Source: Candidatus Mycalebacterium zealandia (GTDB lineage: Bacteria > Desulfobacterota_D > UBA1144 > Nemesobacterales > Mycalebacteriaceae). From it: a stretch of 64,000 bases of DNA. Shown here in pieces: positions 55,171 to 62,836 of this stretch. Position 1 is the first letter of the stretch. Every line of letters starts with the position of its first letter. The position numbers were made by a program, and so were the translations under genes. The stretch is from positions 698,458-762,457 of the forward strand of contig CP046180.1 in the NCBI GenBank assembly GCA_014075295.1, given 5' to 3'. The notes below the pieces were generated by a model that did not search any database, was not told the origin of the DNA, and saw only the letters and a list, made by a program, of their open reading frames with translations.

Positions 55171-56719
55171 TTTTCTCTACCATTTGATTTTTTCCACCCG
55201 CATCCGCATTGAATTGCGCGATAAACTGCTTCGCTCCCGGCTCAATCCGTGATAACAACGGTTGCGGATACACGCCCATTAAAATTATAATCGCCGCGAT
55301 TGGCAAAAGCACTGCTGTTTCCCTTTTATTTATGTCGGAGAGCGCCATGTTATCCGCTTTGTCCAGGGGACCGAAAAACACTTTTTGAACGGCTTTCAAC
55401 ATATAGACGGCTCCGAAGATAATTCCCGACCCCGCAAATATGGCGTAGAGATAGTTTTCTTTGAACGCGCCGAGCAGAACGAGAAACTCTCCGACAAATC
55501 CGTTAAGTAGCGGCAACCCGATAGAGGCAAGCGCGGACAGTATGAAAAATGCTGTGAACAAAGGCATTGAAGACGCCACTCCGCCGAATTCACTTATTTT
55601 TTTCGTATGTCTTCTTTCGTAAATCATTCCGACCAGAATAAACAGAGCGCCCGTTGAAATTCCATGCGCGAGCATATGAAATATGCCGCCCTGAAGCCCC
55701 TGCACATTGGGCAGAGTTATGCCGAGCGCGATAATTCCCATATGGCTGACACTTGAATACGCAACAAGTTTTTTAAGGTCTTTCTGAGCATAGGCGACCA
55801 TCGCACCATAGATAACGCCTACTATCGCGGCGATTGATAAAGCCGGCATAAAAACCGCGGACGCGTCCGGAAAAAACGGAAACAAGAATCTCAACATTCC
55901 GTAAATTCCGAGTTTTAACAAAATTCCGGCAAGAATTACACTTCCCGCGGTGGGCGCTTCAACATGAGCGTCCGGCAGCCATGTGTGAAAAGGCACAAGC
56001 GGAACCTTAATAGCAAACGCGAGCAGAAACGCGCCGAATAAAAGTCCCTGCGCACTGAGTAATCCGTCAAAAGGCGCCGAAACTTTTTGCAAATCCGCAA
56101 TTGCCATTGATGCGCTTCCAAACTGATCTATGTGCGCCGCGTAAAGATAAAAAATCGCGCCGAACATCAGCGCGCTTCCAAACGCCGTGTAGATAAAAAA
56201 TTTGATAGCCGCGTAAACTCGCCTTTCCGTTCCCCAAACGCCTATGAGAAAATAAAGCGGAATAAGAGCGGCTTCCCAGAAAATGAAAAACAGAACCATG
56301 TCCGCCGAAACAAGCGTTCCTATAATTGCGGTTTCAATTATCAGAATAAGAGAGAAAAACTCCTTCACTTTTACGGCCGTGTTCCACGAACTCAAAATTG
56401 CGAAAGGGGTTATAAACGTTGTGAGCAACACAAGTGTAACGCTGAGCCAGTCCACGCCAATGTCGTATTGTATTCCCAGTTCGGGAAACCACTCGGCGGT
56501 CTGGCGGAACTGTAAACCCATAGTTTCAGGAGAGAAATTTATAAACAGTGGAATTGAAAGAAGAAAAACCGCGATGCTCACGCAAAGTGCTGCGGTCTTG
56601 AAAAATCTGTCCGAAATCCGCGCCGGTACGGAGCAGAGAACAAGAAGGCAAACCGCCGCAAGCGGCAGAAAAGTGATAAGGGTCAAATTGCCCTCAAACA
56701 GTGTGCTGATATATGACAC
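55160..56719 (-). CDS. complex I subunit M-like / Mrp-antiporter D-like membrane protein (orphan)
   Basis: 519 aa, ~14 TM; NuoM/MnhD family motifs (WLPDAH..AP); no other nuo/mrp genes adjacent. Confidence 0.8.
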   Translation of the reverse strand: MSYISTLFEGNLTLITFLPLAAVCLLVLCSVPARISDRFFKTAALCVSIAVFLLSIPLFINFSPETMGLQFRQTAEWFPELGIQYDIGVDWLSVTLVLLTTFITPFAILSSWNTAVKVKEFFSLILIIETAIIGTLVSADMVLFFIFWEAALIPLYFLIGVWGTERRVYAAIKFFIYTAFGSALMFGAIFYLYAAHIDQFGSASMAIADLQKVSAPFDGLLSAQGLLFGAFLLAFAIKVPLVPFHTWLPDAHVEAPTAGSVILAGILLKLGIYGMLRFLFPFFPDASAVFMPALSIAAIVGVIYGAMVAYAQKDLKKLVAYSSVSHMGIIALGITLPNVQGLQGGIFHMLAHGISTGALFILVGMIYERRHTKKISEFGGVASSMPLFTAFFILSALASIGLPLLNGFVGEFLVLLGAFKENYLYAIFAGSGIIFGAVYMLKAVQKVFFGPLDKADNMALSDINKRETAVLLPIAAIIILMGVYPQPLLSRIEPGAKQFIAQFNADAGGKNQMVEKNGN

Positions 56720-56822
56720 GGCGACCCACTCACGAAGCGATTAACGGGTTAGTAATCTATAGGGCGTGCGGGGCTAACTCAAGTTGACGCAATTTTGAAT
56801 GTTTGCCGCCAATTCATAATAA

Positions 56823-58460
56823 TTGTTCCTGATGTCATTTGACTACAAAGCTCTTTGCGATTCATGGAAATGGAACATTCCGCGCAAGTTCAACATCGGA
56901 GTGGACTGCACGGATAAAAACGCGGCAAATCCCGATCTTGCCCTCAAGTCCGCGCTCACATGGGAAGGCGGCGACGGGCTTGTGAAGCAATACACCTTTG
57001 CCGATCTCAAAGCCGTTACAAATCAAATCGCGGGCGCTTTTCTTTCTTCAGGCGTGTCTCGCGGGGACAGAGTGATGATAATGCTTGAAAATGTTCCGGA
57101 GTTTCCTTTTTCATTCCTCGCCGCGCTCAAAATCGGCGCCGTTCCCATTCCGGCAAGTCCGATGCTTGTTGAAGACGAAGCGGCGCATATTCTTGAAGAC
57201 AGCGGAGCAAAAGCGGTTGTCGCGTCCGCTGTTACATACGAACGGATTGATTCCGCACGCGACCGTTGCCCGAATTTGAAAACAGTTTTTATAACTGGAG
57301 GCGGGGCGCCCTCGCGATGCGTTGACCTTGACGAACTTGCGGGGAAATCCTCCGCCGAACTTGAACCCGCGGACACGCTTTCGGAAGATATTGCGTATAT
57401 CTGCTACACGTCTGGAACCACAGGAGAGCCGAAAGGGGTTGTTCACGCGCACCGGTGTGTTATCGGGCGCGACCCGGCGGCTTTTTTCTGGCTGGGGGTT
57501 GCTGACCACCCCAGGGTTTTTCACGCCGGCAAACTCAACTGGACTTACACTCTGGGCGCGGGATGCCTTGACCCCTGGCGGCACGGATGCGAGTGCGTGA
57601 TTTACGGAGGCGAATACGAACCCCGGAAAATGTTTGAAATTATTGAAAAGCACAGCGCGAATGTTTTTATGGCGGTTCCAACCGTTTACAGGCAGATGCT
57701 CAGAGTGGCAAAAGACGTCCCCGTTCCGTCCCTTTCAAGGGTGAGCCACTGTTTGAGCGCGGGCGAAACTCTCAGTGAAGAGCTTTTTTCCGCGTGGAAA
57801 AACGAGTTGGGGGTTTCGCTTTATAACGGACTGGGAATGAGCGAATTCAGTTACTACGTTTCAAACATGATTGGCATGGAAATAAACCCCGCGTCTCCGG
57901 GGAAACCGCAGCCCGGCAGAAAGTGTTTTCTCGCGGACCCCGAAACCGGAAAAAAGGTCTTGGACGCGCGCGAAGGAGTTCTTGTTTCCGCTCCGAACGA
58001 CCCCGGAATTATGCTGGGTTACTGGAACAAACCCGAAGAGACTCGCGCAATGTTTTCGCCGGAGGGCGATTTTATGAGCGGCGATTACTTTAACGCCGAC
58101 GATGACGGCTATCTGCTGCCGCTTGGCAGAAGGGACGACATGATAAACAGTTTCGGTTACAGAATTTCGCCGTTTGAAATTGAAGCGGCTCTTTCAAAGC
58201 ACGGCAAAGTTAGTGATTGCGCCGCCGTGGGAATTGACGCGGGTGGCGGGAAAACAATCACAACCGCTTTTGTTGTCGCGAAGGAAAAGGCGGACGAATC
58301 GCGCGACTTGCTTAAAAAAGAGTTGAGCGGTTTTCTGGAAAAGCGTCTCGCCGGATACAAAATGCCGAAAGAAATTGTTTTTACGGACTCAATTCCTGTT
58401 ACCAAAAACGGAAAGAAAAAACGCGGCGAATTGCGCGAGCGGTTCAGCGCCGCCGATTAA
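56823..58460 (+). CDS. AMP-dependent synthetase/ligase (aryl/acyl-CoA ligase family)
   Basis: 545 aa; AMP-binding motif YTSGTTGEPKGV; C-terminal lid. Confidence 0.85.
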   Translation: MFLMSFDYKALCDSWKWNIPRKFNIGVDCTDKNAANPDLALKSALTWEGGDGLVKQYTFADLKAVTNQIAGAFLSSGVSRGDRVMIMLENVPEFPFSFLAALKIGAVPIPASPMLVEDEAAHILEDSGAKAVVASAVTYERIDSARDRCPNLKTVFITGGGAPSRCVDLDELAGKSSAELEPADTLSEDIAYICYTSGTTGEPKGVVHAHRCVIGRDPAAFFWLGVADHPRVFHAGKLNWTYTLGAGCLDPWRHGCECVIYGGEYEPRKMFEIIEKHSANVFMAVPTVYRQMLRVAKDVPVPSLSRVSHCLSAGETLSEELFSAWKNELGVSLYNGLGMSEFSYYVSNMIGMEINPASPGKPQPGRKCFLADPETGKKVLDAREGVLVSAPNDPGIMLGYWNKPEETRAMFSPEGDFMSGDYFNADDDGYLLPLGRRDDMINSFGYRISPFEIEAALSKHGKVSDCAAVGIDAGGGKTITTAFVVAKEKADESRDLLKKELSGFLEKRLAGYKMPKEIVFTDSIPVTKNGKKKRGELRERFSAAD

Positions 58461-58463
58461 CCG

Positions 58464-59402
58464 TCAGCCGGAATACGCCGCGCAGGTGATTTTCATCACC
58501 TCAACGTTGCTCTGTTTTCCAACCGCGCCCGGCACAATAATTGGAAGTTCAACCCCCGCTTCTCTGTGCGCTTCAAGCTGTTCTCTGCAACGCGCCGCTG
58601 GGCCCACAAGCGCGACAGCGTCAACCAATTCGTCTGTGAAAACCTCATGCGGTTTTTCGCCCGCCTGAATTTTTTCAACCACGTCGCCGTGTCCGATGTT
58701 TTTTATGAGACGCTGGTAAAACGGAAAGCGTGCGTAACCGGAAAGCCCCATTTTTGCGGCTTTGATGGCGTCTTCCAGACTGTCTGAAATAAATGAGGGA
58801 ATTCCGTTGGTGATTTCAATTTCCGAGGGGTCTCTTCCCGCTTCTTTTGCTCCCTCCGCGACCTGCTCTTTTAACTGCTTAACATATTCAGGCGGAGACA
58901 TATACGGCATAAGCCCGTCCGCCGCTTTGCCCGCCAGATGCGCCGCGGAGTTTGTCAACCCGGCTATGTGAACGGGAAAGTCCGGAAGGTCGCGTTTGAT
59001 TGTCAACAGCTCCGAGGAGCCGTCCAAAATGGGTCTGAGTTCGGAAATGTATTCTTCCATCTTCTCAACCGGATTGCCCATATCTATTCCGAATTTGTCA
59101 TTGACGGGCTTGTGGCTCACTCCGAGGCCAAGCACCATTCTTCCGCCCGAAACCTCCTGAACGGTAAGCGCTTCAGCGGCGCAGATGACGGGTTTGCGCA
59201 TAAATATGTTTGTTATCCACGTGCCGACTTTAATTGTTGAAGTTGCTTCGGCGAACACCTGTGCGTTGGAAATCGCGCTGTAAGGCGGAACTTCAGGCGA
59301 GAAAATCGCTTCGAAACCCGCATTCTCCGCTTCGCGTGCGAGATCTCTTAAATCATCGACTCCACAGCCCCATACGGGGGAAATAGTTGCTACTTTTGCC
59401 AT
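58464..59402 (-). CDS. LLM-class (luciferase-like) flavin/F420-dependent oxidoreductase
   Basis: 312 aa; TIM-barrel luciferase-like family pattern (LGLGVSH, VGTWITN). Confidence 0.7.
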   Translation of the reverse strand: MAKVATISPVWGCGVDDLRDLAREAENAGFEAIFSPEVPPYSAISNAQVFAEATSTIKVGTWITNIFMRKPVICAAEALTVQEVSGGRMVLGLGVSHKPVNDKFGIDMGNPVEKMEEYISELRPILDGSSELLTIKRDLPDFPVHIAGLTNSAAHLAGKAADGLMPYMSPPEYVKQLKEQVAEGAKEAGRDPSEIEITNGIPSFISDSLEDAIKAAKMGLSGYARFPFYQRLIKNIGHGDVVEKIQAGEKPHEVFTDELVDAVALVGPAARCREQLEAHREAGVELPIIVPGAVGKQSNVEVMKITCAAYSG

Positions 59403-59488
59403 TTTACGCTCCCTTGAGGTTTTGCCGCCTCTTTGATTACTTCCAATAAAATAACCTGTAAAACGGAAAAATTACAATCCGCCCGCTT

Positions 59489-59517
59489 TTGACACCGCGC
59501 GGGGTTGGGATTATAAT
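59489..59517 (+). promoter_or_regulatory. consensus sigma-70 promoter TTGACA-N17-TATAAT
   Basis: Exact TTGACA (59489-59494), 17-nt spacer, exact TATAAT (59512-59517); predicted TSS lies 7-8 nt downstream, at or just before the ATG at 59525. Confidence 0.5.
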
Positions 59518-59524
59518 CACCCTG

Positions 59525-59626
59525 ATGAAGAAAACCGGAGCTGAAATCTACATAATCGGGGTTTTTGTTTTAGTCGCCTCAATTCTTCTTATTGCGTCCC
59601 TCACGCATGTTTTTTTGAAACCTTGA
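59525..59626 (+). CDS. candidate leaderless small membrane peptide (33 aa, single TM)
   Basis: MKKTGAEIYIIGVFVLVASILLIASLTHVFLKP; ATG begins ~8 nt after the -10 hexamer with no SD; it is below the ORF-track length cutoff. Confidence 0.35.
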   Translation: MKKTGAEIYIIGVFVLVASILLIASLTHVFLKP

Positions 59627-59747
59627 TGTACAAAAAGAGGCAAGTCCAATAGCGAACATCTCTGTTTACGGCAACAGGTCAGGCCTTACGGGCAGAGAAA
59701 TCAAGATACTTCTCAAGATTTATTCAAAATCTGTTGACCCGAACAAG

Positions 59748-61316
59748 GTGATGACGCCGGAATTCAGTTCCGCGCTTTGCAGGGCATCGGAGGCGGTCAA
59801 AAGGAACGTGGCGGTTCTGCTCAATAAAAAAGGCAGAGTGGCGGCGGTTTTCGAGGGAAATTGCGGCGATTTTGAACTCGCGTCGTTCTTCAGAAGGTAT
59901 CGTGACACCGGGCGCGGAGTCAGAAACTTCCGGCTCATTCTCACACATGCCGACGGGCGCGGACTTACGGACAACGAGAAATTCACGCTTATAAACGAAC
60001 GGCTTGAAATCGTGGGAGTTGTTCAGATGAGAGGCGATGGCGCGGACAAGTTCGAGTTTGCCTACCCTCTTGTTCCTGCCACGGAGCGCAACGATTCTGA
60101 AAAATGGAAAATCGTGGAGTTTTCCGATTGCTCAAATGTCAATTTTGATATTGAAAGCGCCCTTGAACCGGTAAAAAACAGACGTTTTGTCCCGCTGAAT
60201 CCGCGTCGCAAAAACATAGAGCACATTTTTCTCATCGCGATGGGGCGTTCGCAGAAAGAAGCAGAAACATCATTGCAAGAACTTGAGACCCTTGCCGTTT
60301 CCGCCGGAAAAAAGATTCTGGGCTCGCGCGTTCACATTCTCAAACGGTCAAAAAAATCCGTTGGCAACACTGTTCTTGGAGAGAAAAAATTGACTGATTT
60401 CCTTTTGCTCGCTAAACACGAAGCCGCGGGCGCGGTGATTTTTGACACCGAACTTGCGCCATCTGAAATTTCCGAAATACAAAGCCGCACGGATATGAGA
60501 ATTGTTGACCGGACGCAACTCATACTTGAGATATTTTCCCTGCGGGCTTCCTCAAAAGAGGGAAAATTGCAGGTCAAACTCGCGGAACTCAAATACGCCC
60601 TGCCCCGTCTTTCGGGAAGCGGAATTCAGATGTCGCAGCCCGGCGCGGGAATTGGAACAAGAGGTCCCGGGGAGAAAGCGCTTGAAAAGGAAAGAAGGCA
60701 ACTCAGAAAACGGATAAGGGATTTGGAGAAGCAGATGGAGGCGATATCCGGCAGGAGAGAGCGGACGCGGGCGAACCGCATGAGAGGAAACACGGAGATT
60801 GTTTCGCTTGCGGGCTACACAAACGCGGGCAAATCCACTCTGTTTTCCGCTTTGACAAAAGAGGACACGGAAATCGCGGACAAGATGTTTTCCACGCTCG
60901 GAACAAAAACCCGCAGGATGTATTCGCCGCGGAACTCCACCATTCTTCTCACCGACACGGTCGGTTTTATTAAAGACCTTCCCAAAGATCTGGCGATGGC
61001 GTTCAGGGCGACTTTGGAAGAGCTGGGCAAAGCCGATTTACTGCTTCACGTGGCGGATGCGGGCGATTTGGACGTTGAGAACAAAATAGAATCCGTTGAA
61101 TCCATACTTGATTCAATGGGATTTGGCGAAGTTCCCAGACTGCTTGTGTTTAACAAAACCGACATTGCTCCCCTTCAAAAACTAAGAGACCTTTCCGTGA
61201 TTTATCCCAAAGCCATTTTCGTTTCCGCAGCCGCGCGGGACAATCTCGGCGAGATAGCGGCACGCGCGGACAAGATTTTAAAAGACCGCAAACAAAACTA
61301 CTCTCTTGCGATATAA
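59748..61316 (+). CDS. hflX: GTPase HflX with ~148-aa N-terminal extension
   Basis: HflX N-domain begins near IEHIFLIAMGRSQKEAE; G1 AGYTNAGKSTLF, G3 DTVGF, G4 NKTD; the extension has no stop and is in frame. Confidence 0.8.
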   Translation: MMTPEFSSALCRASEAVKRNVAVLLNKKGRVAAVFEGNCGDFELASFFRRYRDTGRGVRNFRLILTHADGRGLTDNEKFTLINERLEIVGVVQMRGDGADKFEFAYPLVPATERNDSEKWKIVEFSDCSNVNFDIESALEPVKNRRFVPLNPRRKNIEHIFLIAMGRSQKEAETSLQELETLAVSAGKKILGSRVHILKRSKKSVGNTVLGEKKLTDFLLLAKHEAAGAVIFDTELAPSEISEIQSRTDMRIVDRTQLILEIFSLRASSKEGKLQVKLAELKYALPRLSGSGIQMSQPGAGIGTRGPGEKALEKERRQLRKRIRDLEKQMEAISGRRERTRANRMRGNTEIVSLAGYTNAGKSTLFSALTKEDTEIADKMFSTLGTKTRRMYSPRNSTILLTDTVGFIKDLPKDLAMAFRATLEELGKADLLLHVADAGDLDVENKIESVESILDSMGFGEVPRLLVFNKTDIAPLQKLRDLSVIYPKAIFVSAAARDNLGEIAARADKILKDRKQNYSLAI

Positions 61317-62450
61317 ATGATGATTTCATACGAAAGAATGTCCGACCACTTGATGAGCATCATCCGCATAGACAGCGAGTCGCGTTTTGAAAAAGATGTC
61401 GCGCTTGTTCTGGAAAAGGAAATGAAGGAGATAGGCGGCGAATGTTTTTATGACGATTGCGGCGAAAAAGTCGGCGGAAACACGGGCAATCTGATTGTCA
61501 AAATTAAAGGCAATACGGACGCGCCGCCGTTTTTCCTTTGCTCGCATATGGACACGGTCGCTCCCGGAAAAGGCATAAAGCCCTCAATTAAAGACGGCAT
61601 TATGAGAAGCGACGGAACCACAATTCTCGGTAGCGACGACAAAAGCGGAGTTTCCATAATTGTTGAAGTGGTTCGTTCCCTCAAAGAGCGCGACCTGCCC
61701 CACGGCGATATTGAAATAGCGTTCATGATATGCGAGGAAGTCGGGCTTTTGGGGGCAAAATTCATTGACTGTTCGGTTTTTGAATCCTCTTACGGAATTG
61801 TTCTGGACAGCAGCACTCCCGACCGTCTTGTTCTGAAATGCCCGGCTTCAGACAGAATCAAGGTCAAAATCACCGGTGTTGAGGCGCACGCGGGGCTGTG
61901 CCCCGAAGACGGGGTCAGCGCTATAGAGATTGCGTCAAAAGCCATAGCAAAAATGAATTTGGGAAGAATAGATTCTGAAACCACCGCGAACATCGGCACA
62001 ATTTCGGGCGGAAGCGCGATAAACATTGTTCCGGGCGAGACCGAAGTTATCGGCGAGGCGAGAAGCCACAACACCGAAAAACTCGCGGTGCAAATGGACC
62101 ATATGAGGAAATGTTTTGAGAAAGCGTCAACTGAAGTTTGCGGCGATACTTCCGCCGTGCAAATTGAACAGGAACACATTTACTTTCCGATGGACGTTCC
62201 CCCTTCGTCCGAAATCGCGAAAATGGTTGAGGAAACTGCAAACAATCTCGGTCATCCGGTTGCTCTTCACACAAGCGGCGGCGGTTGCGACGCGAACTAC
62301 ATCAATGGCAAGGGAATTCAATGTGTAAATCTGGGAACGGGAATGTATGATCTTCACACTGTTGACGAGCATCTTGTTATTGAAGAGTTCAACAGGTCAG
62401 CAGACATTGTTCTCCGCACCATTATGAAAAATGCCGGACACCAAAACTAA
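61317..62450 (+). CDS. M20-family metallopeptidase (peptidase T-like)
   Basis: 377 aa; metal ligands HMDTV, GSDDKSG, EE region (ICEEVGLLGA), GGGCDAN. Confidence 0.8.
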   Translation: MMISYERMSDHLMSIIRIDSESRFEKDVALVLEKEMKEIGGECFYDDCGEKVGGNTGNLIVKIKGNTDAPPFFLCSHMDTVAPGKGIKPSIKDGIMRSDGTTILGSDDKSGVSIIVEVVRSLKERDLPHGDIEIAFMICEEVGLLGAKFIDCSVFESSYGIVLDSSTPDRLVLKCPASDRIKVKITGVEAHAGLCPEDGVSAIEIASKAIAKMNLGRIDSETTANIGTISGGSAINIVPGETEVIGEARSHNTEKLAVQMDHMRKCFEKASTEVCGDTSAVQIEQEHIYFPMDVPPSSEIAKMVEETANNLGHPVALHTSGGGCDANYINGKGIQCVNLGTGMYDLHTVDEHLVIEEFNRSADIVLRTIMKNAGHQN

Positions 62451-62829
62451 CAAACGGGCTCTCATTCTTGTTGACCACGGAAGCAACGTTGCCGAAGCGA
62501 ACGGCGTGCTTGCCGAAGTTGCCAATGAGATAAGACAGAGAGGTGCGGGTTTTGATATTGTTGAATACTGTCACATGGAGATAGCGTCTCCGACAATGGA
62601 AGAGGCGTTTCAAAAATGCGCCGAACTTGGCGCAGGCGAAGTGGTTGTTCACCCCTATTTTCTTGTTCCGGGAAGGCATTCGGGTTTTGATATTCCGGCA
62701 ATGGCAAAAGAAGCGGCGGAAAAATTTCCAAATTTGAAGCACACCGTTACCGATCCGCTCGGTCTTCACGAAAAAATTGTGGATGTTGTTCTGGAGCGGG
62801 TTTCTTCCGTGTGTTGGACGAAGGGGTAA
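62431..62829 (+). CDS. cbiX: sirohydrochlorin cobalto/ferro-chelatase, small CbiX type
   Basis: 132 aa; LILVDHGS...HPYFL.PGRH pattern of CbiX(S)/SirB. Confidence 0.75.
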   Translation: MPDTKTNKRALILVDHGSNVAEANGVLAEVANEIRQRGAGFDIVEYCHMEIASPTMEEAFQKCAELGAGEVVVHPYFLVPGRHSGFDIPAMAKEAAEKFPNLKHTVTDPLGLHEKIVDVVLERVSSVCWTKG

Positions 62830-62836
62830 ATCTCAT

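Noticed and set aside
59748-60190. Separate upstream gene fused to hflX by the ORF caller
   Set aside because: There is no stop codon or frame change between the extension and the HflX N-domain. It is kept as an N-terminal extension, though still flagged as a finding.
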